NCBI GenBank assembly: GCA_037439545.1
Contig: JBBIVV010000033.1
Location: 1-20,532 of the forward strand
DNA: 20,532 nucleotides
Source of the DNA: a bacterium
GTDB taxonomy: Bacteria > JAMCPX01
Direction: 5' to 3'
A model generated the notes under the pieces. It ran no database searches. It was given only the letters and a program-made list of their open reading frames with translations, and was not told the origin of the DNA. Both the position numbers and the translations under genes were made by a program. Positions 9,135-17,928 of this stretch are shown one piece after another; position 1 is the stretch's first letter; each line of letters opens with the position of its first letter.

Positions 9135-9716
9135 GTGCTAAGAATAACTATTTTTATAATAGTTGTGTTTAGCGTTTTTTGTTCAATCCCTGCAGGTGCA
9201 GATGTATACACCTATGTCGACAGCAGCAACATAGTTCATTTTACGAATGTTCCGACGTCCCGCAAATACAGGCTTTTGTGGAGAGCCTATGACTCTTACG
9301 ATCACACCAGGCTGCCGGAGTCGGAATTGAAAAAAAAAGTAACACTGATCGCACACAAGTATGACGTGGATCCACTGCTGATAATGGCAATGATAAAGGT
9401 TGAAAGCGATTTTATGCCTTATGCAGTATCATCGGCAGGTGCCGTCGGTCTGATGCAGTTGCTTCCCGCGACTGCAAAGATTATGAAAGTGTCTAACCTT
9501 TACACACCGAAAGAAAACATAGAAGCAGGTGTCCGGTATTTTAAATATCTGTACGGCCTTTTTAACGGCAACTACATAAAAGCGATAGCAGCATACAATG
9601 CCGGCGAAAAAGCGGTCATAAAATACAATGGCATACCGCCGTATCCTGAAACACAGTGGTATGTCACAAAGGTGCTCAAGGCGTTCTGGAAGATGAAGGG
9701 ATACACAGAGAGGTAA
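9135..9716 (+). CDS. Soluble lytic transglycosylase (SLT) with signal peptide and DUF4124-like N-domain
   Basis: IKVESDF, GAVGLMQL, AAYNAG, PPYPETQWYV; ADVYTYVD..VHFTNVP; GTG start after AGGAGG. Confidence 0.9.
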   Translation: MLRITIFIIVVFSVFCSIPAGADVYTYVDSSNIVHFTNVPTSRKYRLLWRAYDSYDHTRLPESELKKKVTLIAHKYDVDPLLIMAMIKVESDFMPYAVSSAGAVGLMQLLPATAKIMKVSNLYTPKENIEAGVRYFKYLYGLFNGNYIKAIAAYNAGEKAVIKYNGIPPYPETQWYVTKVLKAFWKMKGYTER

Positions 9717-9718
9717 TA

Positions 9719-11359
9719 ATGGCAAAAATAAAACACCTTTCTCATAACAATATGCTTGAAAAATCCATGGAGAAGGCAAAGAAGTATCTTGCGGATGAGA
9801 ATTATGTAGATGCCAAGGATGAGATTGAAAGGGTACTCGATGTCAATCCGATGGATGACAGGGCATTGAACCTTCTGGCAATAATCATGTTGAAACTCGA
9901 GCAGTATAGCAAGGCCGTGAAGATATATGAAGACCTTATTGCACGGTATCCCACTACTATGCCGCTGAAGGTAAATCTCGGTGTTGCCTACCTAAAAAAT
10001 AACCAGATGGATGATGCTGTTCAGGAATTTTCTGCTGTTTTGCAAAAGGAACCGGAGAACAAGACAGTGCTCAAACTGAGCGGGAAGGCATTGTTGAAGC
10101 TCAACAGGACGGAAGAGGCATTGGAGGCTTTTACAAAAGCAGGGCTGCATGATTATGTAAAAAAGATCAAAAAACACGGAGCAAGTGAAGCGGTCGTATC
10201 GGAGCTGTCAACCGAAGATGTTTTGCAGGAGCCCATCGGCAAAGACAAGGCCGTAGAACAAAAGGTTAAAGAACCGGAGCCTGAACAGAAAGAGAGCTCT
10301 GAGCAGTCAGATATTCCGGGAAAAGCAATGCTGGATCCTGAAGAGAATATAGAGGAACCTCCGGAATCTCCAGAGTCTCCGGAATCTGTCGGTGAACCTC
10401 ATGCTGAAGACACGCATGACGAGCAAGCTCAAGCCGGAGAGGAAATCATTGAAACCGAGAGAGGTCCGTCTGCAATCGATGATCAGGAGCTGTACGGTGA
10501 AGAGGAAACATCTGCGGAAGAGCACGTAGAAGAAGATCTACGGGGCGATGAGCGCCCGGAGTCCGGGGAGCACCAGGAACCCGAAGAACAGCTCAAGCCT
10601 GAGGGAAAAACAGAGCCTGAACCTCCGGTCGATTCTGAAGTGTCGGTCCCTGCCGGGGAACCGGTGCAGGAGAAAGCTTCCCCCGCAGAGGAACAGCCCT
10701 TGCAAGAAGAAAATATTGAAGAAAGCAAACACCTGCCTGTTGAAGGACTGGCATCTATTTCAGAGAAAATATCCCTGTCAAAATTCACGGCACCGGTCAA
10801 TTTCATTAATGATTCCATGCTGCTTTTTAATTTGGACGGTAATCTTGTCTATGTCAGGGACAGACAGGTAGTCTCAATCTCAGAAAGCCTGACCATAGAG
10901 CAGGCATACAAGAGATACAGGGGAAAAGACACGAAATCTATTTTTGCAGATAAAAAAGATGACCCGGTAGTGCTGGTTTACGGCAAGGGTGGACTTCTCA
11001 TAAAGTGTGATTTCAAAATTTTAAAACTGTTCAGGCTTAAAAACGAATTCATGTTTTTAAACGATGAACGGTTGATAGCTTTTCAGGGTGATCTCGAATG
11101 GGAAAACGGAAGGGTCGAACTTACTGCGGACAAGAGCATCAATGTAACGCAGATGAAAGGTACTGCGGATTTGTTTCTCGGTATATCGAACCAGTTGCTC
11201 GGCGTAAAAGTTACTATAGCGGATATTGCATCGATACGCCTTAATTCATTGGTCGGCTGGCATGGTAAATTGATCCCGAGACCATCTGCCAAGAAGCATT
11301 ACACCGATGATACCTTTATCTCATTCCATGGAGAGGGTGTGGTATTCATAGATGCATGA
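9719..11359 (+). CDS. TPR - acidic low-complexity linker - AIM24-like domain protein
   Basis: N-terminal TPR-like helices (ALNLLA.., NLGVAYL, GKALLKL), ~180 aa E/P-rich linker, C-terminal beta-rich repeats ending G-x-G (YGKGG, MKGTA, FHGEGVV) as in AIM24. Start set at ATG 9719. Confidence 0.75.
   Translation: MAKIKHLSHNNMLEKSMEKAKKYLADENYVDAKDEIERVLDVNPMDDRALNLLAIIMLKLEQYSKAVKIYEDLIARYPTTMPLKVNLGVAYLKNNQMDDAVQEFSAVLQKEPENKTVLKLSGKALLKLNRTEEALEAFTKAGLHDYVKKIKKHGASEAVVSELSTEDVLQEPIGKDKAVEQKVKEPEPEQKESSEQSDIPGKAMLDPEENIEEPPESPESPESVGEPHAEDTHDEQAQAGEEIIETERGPSAIDDQELYGEEETSAEEHVEEDLRGDERPESGEHQEPEEQLKPEGKTEPEPPVDSEVSVPAGEPVQEKASPAEEQPLQEENIEESKHLPVEGLASISEKISLSKFTAPVNFINDSMLLFNLDGNLVYVRDRQVVSISESLTIEQAYKRYRGKDTKSIFADKKDDPVVLVYGKGGLLIKCDFKILKLFRLKNEFMFLNDERLIAFQGDLEWENGRVELTADKSINVTQMKGTADLFLGISNQLLGVKVTIADIASIRLNSLVGWHGKLIPRPSAKKHYTDDTFISFHGEGVVFIDA
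10361..10387 (+). repeat. 9-bp tandem repeat x3 (PES-PES-PES)
   Basis: CCGGAATCT CCAGAGTCT CCGGAATCT inside the acidic linker. Confidence 0.6.
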
Positions 11360-11951
11360 TGATTTATCAAACGATCTGAAAACATTGCCGAACCTCCTCA
11401 GTCTTTCAAGGGTATTCCTTATACCCTTCATCATCGTGTTGTTTGAAATTATAAGATACACGGATCAGCAGCACCTGCTGCAGAAAGAATGGTTGAGTTT
11501 CATGACGGCGGTCGTTTTCGGTGTAGGCGGACTCACGGATTTCTTCGACGGCTATTTTGCGCGGAAGTACAAAGGTATAACGAACCTGGGGAAGCTTATC
11601 GACCCTATATCGGACAAACTGCTCATAGCTACCACCCTGATCATGCTCTTATCCATAAACAGGGTCCATGCGTGGATTGTCGTATTGATTATTGGCAGGG
11701 AGATTGCGATAACGGGTCTCAGGGCGGTTTCTGCCAGTTCCGGACTCATCATACCGGCTTCTATAGAAGGGAAATACAAGACCAATTTTCAGATAGCCGC
11801 GATCATCGGCTTGCTGATACACTATACATACTTTGGAGTGAACTTTCAGAGGGTAGGCACGCTTTTTATTTGGATAGCTCTGTTTGTTACTCTGTGGTCA
11901 GGCGTGAACTATTTCATAAATTTCTCAAAAACACTAAAAATGGAGGTGTAA
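11352..11951 (+). CDS. pgsA: CDP-diacylglycerol--glycerol-3-phosphate 3-phosphatidyltransferase
   Basis: LPNLLSLSR, TDFFDGYFAR..TNLGKLIDPISDK CDP-alcohol phosphotransferase motif, GREIAITGLR, GKYKT. Confidence 0.93.
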   Translation: MHDDLSNDLKTLPNLLSLSRVFLIPFIIVLFEIIRYTDQQHLLQKEWLSFMTAVVFGVGGLTDFFDGYFARKYKGITNLGKLIDPISDKLLIATTLIMLLSINRVHAWIVVLIIGREIAITGLRAVSASSGLIIPASIEGKYKTNFQIAAIIGLLIHYTYFGVNFQRVGTLFIWIALFVTLWSGVNYFINFSKTLKMEV

Positions 11952-11952
11952 T

Positions 11953-12156
11953 ATGGCAGTAGCAAGAGTAACACAGGTCGTGGCGTCATCCACAAAAGGA
12001 TGGCAGGAAGCTTTCAATGACGGCATGAAAAGGGCAAACAAGACTTTGAGGAATCTTACAGGCGCAGAGATCGTATCGCAGAAGGCAAAGATTCAGGATG
12101 GCAAGGTTTCGGAATACCGCGTCACCATGAATATAACCTTTATCCTCGAGGATTGA
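11953..12156 (+). CDS. Dodecin-family flavin-binding protein
   Basis: 67 aa; SSTKGWQEA...RANKTLRNL...QKAKI.DGKV.EYRV.M.ITF; SD GGAGGT. Confidence 0.9.
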   Translation: MAVARVTQVVASSTKGWQEAFNDGMKRANKTLRNLTGAEIVSQKAKIQDGKVSEYRVTMNITFILED

Positions 12157-12178
12157 TAAACAGCTTAAACCGGAAACC

Positions 12179-12207
12179 GGCAGAGCCTTCAGGCTCTGCC
12201 TCTTTTT
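12179..12207 (+). terminator. Rho-independent terminator
   Basis: GGCAGAGCC-TTCA-GGCTCTGCC 9-bp GC-rich stem followed by TCTTTTT. Confidence 0.85.
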
Positions 12208-12219
12208 ATACTCCTGCCG

Positions 12220-12786
12220 ATGCACAAATTTAATCCTGAACATGCACACAATTTGAACAATCCCGATCGTCTCGGGCACGAACAGCCCGGCACGATATTA
12301 AAAGCTGCCGGCATCAAACAGGGCATGGTTGTCGTGGACGCAGGATGCGGCACCGGGTTCTATGCCTTGCCCCTGTCTCAGCTTGTCGGAGAAAGGGGCA
12401 TCGTATACGCCGTCGATCTGTCGAAGGACATGCTCGATATGCTAAAAAAGGAAATAGAAAAGCACAGTGTCAAAAACATAAAACCCGTGCTTTCGAAAGA
12501 GGCAGGCATCCCCCTGGACAATGAGATTGCAGACATAGTGATCAACGTGAACATGCTGCATGAGGCGTATGACAGAGATGCTTTTATCGAGGAGTTAAAA
12601 AGGCTTATGAAAAGCAATGCCCGGCTGCTTATCATCGATCATAAAAAGGAGCCTACTCCTGCCGGGCCTCCCCTGGAAGACAGGATCTCTTACGACGAAG
12701 CATGTGCAGTGCTCAAAAAACACTTCGATACCGTCGTCAAGGGGCCGTCCGGCGACAGACAGTACGGCCTGATAGCGATGAAATGA
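12220..12786 (+). CDS. Class I SAM-dependent methyltransferase
   Basis: VVVDAGCGTG motif I, VYAVD, MLHE, GPPLEDRI C-terminal signature. Confidence 0.88.
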   Translation: MHKFNPEHAHNLNNPDRLGHEQPGTILKAAGIKQGMVVVDAGCGTGFYALPLSQLVGERGIVYAVDLSKDMLDMLKKEIEKHSVKNIKPVLSKEAGIPLDNEIADIVINVNMLHEAYDRDAFIEELKRLMKSNARLLIIDHKKEPTPAGPPLEDRISYDEACAVLKKHFDTVVKGPSGDRQYGLIAMK

Positions 12787-12817
12787 ACGATTTTTCACAA
12801 AGGACGGATACAATACA

Positions 12818-14428
12818 ATGGCCCGCACTATCGTTATAAAAAACGGCTTTATCGTTGACGGCAGCGGCAACAGCGGTTATTTTTCCGACATAGAGATAGC
12901 CGGCAACAGGATAAACCGCATATCAAAAACCGGTATAGCGTCGGACAACGTCGTCGATGCATCGGGAATGACAGTCTCCCCGGGCTTCGTGGATATCCAC
13001 TCACACTCCGATTATCACATACTCCTGAACCCTTATGCAGAAAGCAAGGTCAGGCAGGGTGTCACGACCGAAGTCAACGGCAACTGCGGGTACTCCATAG
13101 CACCCGTCGGCGGTATTATCAAACAGGAAAGGGAAGAACAGTACTATGAGAGTTACAAGCTCAAGCTGAACATTAAAAACTTATCGGACTATATCGGGCA
13201 GGTTGAAAAACAGGGGACGGCATTGAACATTGCAATGCTCGTAGGCCACGGTACTATCCGCGGCTCTGTCATGGGAAGAAAGGCGGTTCAACCGGCGGAC
13301 AAAGAGCTGGACGACATGCGGGTGCTTGTCAAAGAATCCATGCAAGCAGGCGCATTCGGCATGTCGACAGGGCTTGCCTATACACCCGGGGCGTATGCGG
13401 ACGTACAAGAAATTATCGAGCTTGCAAAGGTCGTTGCCGATTTTCAGGGCATATACGCGACCCATATGCGCTCGGAAGGAAGGAACCTGATACAGTCAAT
13501 AGAGGAAGCCCTTGAGATAGGAAAGGGAGGCGGACTACCTGTCGAGATAAGCCACCTCAAGACCATGCATCCGGAGAACTGGGGTAAGCTCGATAAGGCA
13601 TTCGAACTTATAGAGACAGCCATGAAGCACGGTGTTGATGTCGCGGCAGACAGGTATCCTTATTTGTCTGCCTACACAGGACTTGCCTCTGTAATACCGG
13701 ACTGGGTATTTGCGGATTCTACGGATGCTGCGCTAAAAAGGCTCGAGGACAGGCGTATACGGCAGCAGATAGAAAACGAGCTTTCACTGCAGCATAGAGA
13801 TCTATCCGATTATTTCTCGAGGATCATGCTCTCTCAGTGCTTTACAGAGGAGTATAAGCAGTTTGAGGGCACGACAATTCCAGTCATAGCAGAACAACTG
13901 CACATGGAACCGCTTGAAACAATATATCACCTTCTGATCAAAGAAAGGCTCATGACGACAGCCATCTACTTTGCAATGAACGACGACAATCTGAAACGCA
14001 TACTTACAAAGCCTTATGTGTCGATTGGATCCGATGCAGGGCTCCGGGCTGACTACGGTCCCCTCTGCGAAGGCAAGCCGCACCCGAGGGCTTACGGCAC
14101 TTATCCGAGGGTGTTCACGGATTTTGTCAAAACAGGTGTTTTGGGACTGGAGCAGGCTGTACATAAAATGACCTCACTGCCGGCCCAAAAGGCAGGAATT
14201 CGGCAAAGGGGCTTGATCAAAGAAGGCTGGTTTGCCGATATTGCCATCTTTTCTCCGGAACAGATGGAAGATAAGGCCACCTATATGCAGCCGCATATTT
14301 ATCCGCAAGGCATCGATACGGTAATGGTGAATGGTGTGGTCGTGGTGAGTAAAGGTGTGCATACGAAAGCCCTTGCAGGACAGATGCTCAGGAAAGAAAA
14401 GCAGGATCAGTCCGGCAATATTCTTTGA
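12818..14428 (+). CDS. N-acyl-D-amino acid deacylase (D-aminoacylase)
   Basis: PGFVDIHSHSD, GVTTEVNGNCG, THMRSE, SHLK, IGSD, PHPRAYGTYPR. Confidence 0.92.
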   Translation: MARTIVIKNGFIVDGSGNSGYFSDIEIAGNRINRISKTGIASDNVVDASGMTVSPGFVDIHSHSDYHILLNPYAESKVRQGVTTEVNGNCGYSIAPVGGIIKQEREEQYYESYKLKLNIKNLSDYIGQVEKQGTALNIAMLVGHGTIRGSVMGRKAVQPADKELDDMRVLVKESMQAGAFGMSTGLAYTPGAYADVQEIIELAKVVADFQGIYATHMRSEGRNLIQSIEEALEIGKGGGLPVEISHLKTMHPENWGKLDKAFELIETAMKHGVDVAADRYPYLSAYTGLASVIPDWVFADSTDAALKRLEDRRIRQQIENELSLQHRDLSDYFSRIMLSQCFTEEYKQFEGTTIPVIAEQLHMEPLETIYHLLIKERLMTTAIYFAMNDDNLKRILTKPYVSIGSDAGLRADYGPLCEGKPHPRAYGTYPRVFTDFVKTGVLGLEQAVHKMTSLPAQKAGIRQRGLIKEGWFADIAIFSPEQMEDKATYMQPHIYPQGIDTVMVNGVVVVSKGVHTKALAGQMLRKEKQDQSGNIL

Positions 14429-14437
14429 AGGGAAAAA

Positions 14438-15241
14438 ATGAAGATCGAACATATATATAAAAAAATAAACGGCTTCGAAATGTTTTACCGCGATTGCGGC
14501 TCCGGCGTTCCCGTGCTGCTGATTCACGGTTTTCCCCTGACCGGCGATATGTGGGACCGACAGATAGAGGTGTTGGGCTCAAAGACAAGGGTCATTGTGC
14601 CTGATCTGAGGGGGTTCGGACGATCGGAGGCAACTGACGGCACCTATCTGATGGACCTGTTCGCATACGACCTGAAGAAGTTACTCGACACGCTCGGCAT
14701 TGAAAAGGCAGTGCTTGCAGGGATTTCCATGGGCGGGTACATAGCCCTGGCATTCCACAGAATGTTTCCTTCCTGTGTAAGGGCACTGGTACTGCTCGAT
14801 ACAAAAGCCGGAGCTGATTCGGAAGCGGGCAAAAAAGACAGGCTTGAAACGGCGCGCAGGGCACGCAACGGCGAGATGGACAAGATTGCGGATGAATGGG
14901 CAGAAAAGCTTTTTGCGTCCTCAAGTATCATGAACATGCCTGAGGTGGTCCGGCATGTGAGAGACAGAATCTCCCGCACATCACCCGAGACGATTGCTCA
15001 TGCATCGTTGGGAATGATGGAAAGGTTTGATTCTACTCCAGTGCTGAAGGACATCTCATGCCCTGTCCTGATCATCGTGGGTGAAAAAGACAATCTTATT
15101 CCCCTTGAAGAGTCGAAATCCATGGCAGCACATATAAAAAACTCTACTGTAGAGATTGTAGAAGGTGCAGGCCATCTTTCCTGTCTCGAAGCGCCTGCAA
15201 AAGTAAACAGCCTGATGTTGAAATTTTTGTCGGATATTTAA
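14438..15241 (+). CDS. Alpha/beta hydrolase (enol-lactonase/PcaD-like)
   Basis: LIHGFPL, PDLRGFGRS, GISMGG, GEKD, AGHLS. Confidence 0.88.
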   Translation: MKIEHIYKKINGFEMFYRDCGSGVPVLLIHGFPLTGDMWDRQIEVLGSKTRVIVPDLRGFGRSEATDGTYLMDLFAYDLKKLLDTLGIEKAVLAGISMGGYIALAFHRMFPSCVRALVLLDTKAGADSEAGKKDRLETARRARNGEMDKIADEWAEKLFASSSIMNMPEVVRHVRDRISRTSPETIAHASLGMMERFDSTPVLKDISCPVLIIVGEKDNLIPLEESKSMAAHIKNSTVEIVEGAGHLSCLEAPAKVNSLMLKFLSDI

Positions 15242-15306
15242 CCCTCTGTCAGCTTCATGGGATCTTTTGGTCCCGCTAAAAAGAGAACACAGGTGCACAG
15301 GGATTG

Positions 15307-15338
15307 AAGGGAGCGGACGATTCACGGACCGCCCTTTT
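15307..15338. terminator. Imperfect hairpin between convergent genes (possible terminator or degenerate REP)
   Basis: AAGGGAGCGG...CCGCCCTTTT; a second small hairpin GGGATC-TTTT-GGTCCC lies at ~15259-15274. Confidence 0.35.
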
Positions 15339-15341
15339 CGA

Positions 15342-16148
15342 TCATTTTCCCGACGAGTACCTGTCTTTATACGGCTTCATGATGAATCTATAAAATAATT
15401 TATCGAGGACACCGGGCATAAAATAGTTTGCAGGCCGGATCGATTTCATTGCCACGATCTCCCTTTTTTCTTTTTCTATGCCGTTCACGATCATCCGCGC
15501 CACCTTTTCGGGCTTCAGGGTCATGACACGCCGCCAATTTTTCTGTGCCTCAAAATCGACACCGCGCTCTTTCGCTGCATTCTTCGCAAAGTCGGTATCC
15601 ACCTCAGGAGGACAAAAGTTCAGGACCTTAATGCCATAACCCATGGTCTCCACCCTGAGAGCGTCTGATATCGCATCCACCATGCTCTTGGAGCCTGAGT
15701 ATGCGCCGAGCATGGGTATTGCACGCTTGCTCGCAACGGAGGATATGTTTACAATCATGCCTTTTGTTTTTTTAAGGTAGGGCAGGGCATGCTGTATCAT
15801 GTTTATTACGCCATAGACATTCGTCTTCATCATGCTGTCAAATGCCATCATGTCCATGTGCTCTATGGAGCCGTGGTACGCTGAACCGGCATTATTAATT
15901 ATAATATCGAGCCTTTTGAAATGACTTATCGTGTCTTTGACGGATTTTTCAGCACTTTTTTCATCGCCCACGTCTCCTGCAACCACAAAGGCACTATTAC
16001 CCAATTCTTCTTTCAACTTATTGAGGGTATTCACGTTCCGCGACATTAAAGCGATCAGTGCACCTTTCTTTGCCAGAAGCCGTGCAAGTGCGCTTCCTAT
16101 GCCGCCGGATGCGCCTGTTATCAGTACCACTTTGTTTTTTATATCCAT
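15342..16148 (-). CDS. Short-chain dehydrogenase/reductase (SDR)
   Basis: TGASGGIG, NNAG, ISS, YSGSK; start set at ATG 16148 following GGAGG. Confidence 0.9.
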   Translation of the reverse strand: MDIKNKVVLITGASGGIGSALARLLAKKGALIALMSRNVNTLNKLKEELGNSAFVVAGDVGDEKSAEKSVKDTISHFKRLDIIINNAGSAYHGSIEHMDMMAFDSMMKTNVYGVINMIQHALPYLKKTKGMIVNISSVASKRAIPMLGAYSGSKSMVDAISDALRVETMGYGIKVLNFCPPEVDTDFAKNAAKERGVDFEAQKNWRRVMTLKPEKVARMIVNGIEKEKREIVAMKSIRPANYFMPGVLDKLFYRFIMKPYKDRYSSGK

Positions 16149-16279
16149 AGCCGCCTCCATTACTATCCGCGTTTCTTTCCGTGATATCCGGGCCAGCAGA
16201 CAGGACAAGGACCTCTCCCCTGATACGTATGCCCCCTTCTGCATGTTTTATAGTGTTTGCCTGTAGTTTTTATAGAGTA

Positions 16280-16308
16280 AATATATTTCATACACGAGGA
16301 AATTACAA
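16280..16308 (-). promoter_or_regulatory. Candidate sigma70 promoter for the SDR
   Basis: Minus strand TTGTAA-17 nt-TATATT. Confidence 0.4.
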
Positions 16309-16490
16309 GAGGATTTACCGGAGCGAAGTTTACGAAAGACCAGTCCGTTCAACTCCCGAATTGTGTGCCATTCTATCAAGCGGGGCTCAGGGGTAGGGCT
16401 CATTCCAGTCTGACCATGTTGCTCCACCTTCAAAAAGGGGATACCTATTCCCTGTAAAAGAAAAGAAGCCCGTTTCTATCTCTCATTATT

Positions 16491-17390
16491 CTACATCAAC
16501 TTATCCATCTGCCATTTTCCCTTGTCTTGTTGTGGGATTGCGCCGTTAATGAGTATATCGCCTATAAACCGGATTGCATCATCGATGGTATATTTAGAAT
16601 CAAGTGAGATTCGGAAACTCAACACTTCAATCAAACCAGTGAGCGCGAAGGCCAGAAGTTCCGGGTCAACTCCGGGCCTGATTTCACCCCGCTCTGCAGC
16701 TTCCCGTCCTTCTTTGATCACCGGACCGGTCAGGGCGAGATACATGCGGTTCAATTTCTCCCGGGGCCATTCCTCCTCAGAGGCTATCTCGGCGCGGAGT
16801 TGATTTAGAATCTCCATATAGCGCGTGTAATTTTCGAAAAAGGTCCGGCCGCGGATAATCAACCTTTTTCCGAGGTCTTGTTCTCCTTTAATATTTCGTG
16901 CAGCATTGCCAACTATGTTGTGGAAAACTTCTTCTACCACATCGATGAAGAGATCGCGTTTATTTTTGAAGTGAATATAGAACGTACCTATGGATATCCC
17001 GGCCTTGTGCGTGATGTCATTTACTTTGGTATTGTGATAGCCTTTTTGTGAAAACACCTCGATGGCGGCGTTGATTATTGCCTTTTTTCTGGACTCTTGA
17101 GGGGCCAAATCAACATTCGATAGTCCGTTTTTACTGCTGGATTTATTGTTCGCAGCCTCAAGGTGTTCTATTTCCTGCTTCAAAAACGCAATGGGCATAC
17201 GGATATCTCTGCGCAGACGTCTAATCATAGATAAACGATCCAGATGGCTTGAATCAAAATAAGCCATTGTGCGCCCCGTCTTTATAGGCGGATGAAGTAA
17301 TCCTTGTCTCAAATAATAATGAATGGTGGATTTGGGTAATCCGCTCTGAAGCGATAGTTCGCTAATCTTCATTAATTTATTAGTATCCAT
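16491..17390 (-). CDS. MerR-HTH / TetR-family fusion transcriptional regulator
   Basis: Residues ~6-75 MerR wHTH (MKISEL..SGLPKSTIHYY.RQGLL.P); from ~100 TetR HTH (IINAAIEVFSQKGY.NTKVNDI..KAGISIGTFYIHFKNK) plus C-terminal ligand domain; SD AGAGGAG. Confidence 0.9.
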   Translation of the reverse strand: MDTNKLMKISELSLQSGLPKSTIHYYLRQGLLHPPIKTGRTMAYFDSSHLDRLSMIRRLRRDIRMPIAFLKQEIEHLEAANNKSSSKNGLSNVDLAPQESRKKAIINAAIEVFSQKGYHNTKVNDITHKAGISIGTFYIHFKNKRDLFIDVVEEVFHNIVGNAARNIKGEQDLGKRLIIRGRTFFENYTRYMEILNQLRAEIASEEEWPREKLNRMYLALTGPVIKEGREAAERGEIRPGVDPELLAFALTGLIEVLSFRISLDSKYTIDDAIRFIGDILINGAIPQQDKGKWQMDKLM

Positions 17391-17437
17391 GGTTTTTCTC
17401 CTCTATTGAGTAATTATGCTATTTACTATATACTAAC

Positions 17438-17456
17438 TATAAAGTATAACTTTATA
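17438..17456. promoter_or_regulatory. Perfect dyad, MerR/SoxR-operator-like
   Basis: TATAAAGT-ATA-ACTTTATA; on the minus strand it lies between TAGATT (17456-17461) and TAGTAT (17430-17435), spaced 20 nt. Confidence 0.5.
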
Positions 17457-17595
17457 ATCTAAAATATTATTATCCATATATATTAACAGGGTATATAAAT
17501 ATCATATTCATCATATTTAGGCCACCTTTTAATAATCAACTACTTACACCTTCGAACCACGTTCACGTAACATACTGAAAAACATAACATTTATC

Positions 17596-17624
17596 TTGAC
17601 AAGGCCATTTTTATGCTCTACATA
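17596..17624 (+). promoter_or_regulatory. Candidate promoter of the catabolic operon
   Basis: Perfect TTGACA, 17 nt, then a weak -10 (TACATA). Confidence 0.45.
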
Positions 17625-17627
17625 TAT

Positions 17628-17645
17628 CGAACGACGACTCATTCG
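17628..17645. promoter_or_regulatory. TetR/FadR-box-like operator
   Basis: CGAACGA-CGAC-TCATTCG near-perfect dyad with the geometry of the Bacillus FadR(YsiA) box TGAATGA-N4-TCATTCA, overlapping the predicted +1. Confidence 0.5.
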
Positions 17646-17713
17646 TAACTGTAGACTTTAATCCAGATACGATGAATTGTCAATAGAAAACTAAAAGTTC
17701 AGGAGGTGACAAT

Positions 17714-17908
17714 ATGCCGGTGAAAAAAGAAAAAGCTGCAAACAAGAGAACGGGACAAAGTGGTGGAGAAAAAAAATTCGCATCGGGAAAAGCCGAAAAG
17801 TCGGCGAAAGTAGCATTTAGCAAGCACAACTACCCGGAGCTGTTCCAGCCTATTAAGATCGGCGACTGTGAGATCAAGAACCGGAAAAGCTTCTGGCTAT
17901 CGGCATAA
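17714..17908 (+). pseudogene. Truncated NADH:flavin oxidoreductase (Old Yellow Enzyme family) N-terminal remnant
   Basis: Strong SD AGGAGGTGA; YPELFQPIKIGDCEIKNR is the canonical OYE N-terminal signature, followed by 7 unrelated residues and a stop. Confidence 0.75.
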
Positions 17909-17928
17909 GGATAATAGAGGAGAAAAAT

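Noticed and set aside
9656..9718. Longer GTG start for the TPR protein (likewise starts at 4039, 6916 and 7469)
   Set aside because: These overlap upstream genes or lack an SD; the downstream ATGs fit better.
16149..16244. 32-aa N-terminal extension of the SDR in the ORF track
   Set aside because: No SD at 16244; GGAGG precedes ATG 16148 where SDR homology starts.
16382..16428. GGGGC...GCTCCACC resembling a tRNA-Ala/tmRNA acceptor stem with G3:U70
   Set aside because: Only ~47 nt, no T-loop, no anticodon arm and no CCA.
17406..17434. Plus-strand TTGAGT-17-TATACT promoter
   Set aside because: Plausible but in a very AT-rich tract ~280 bp from the first gene; cannot be distinguished from chance.
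17552..17566. GAAC-CAC-GTTC as a KstR box
   Set aside because: KstR needs TnnAACnnGTTnnA with a 2-nt spacer; here the spacer is 3 and the dyad is only 4 bp.
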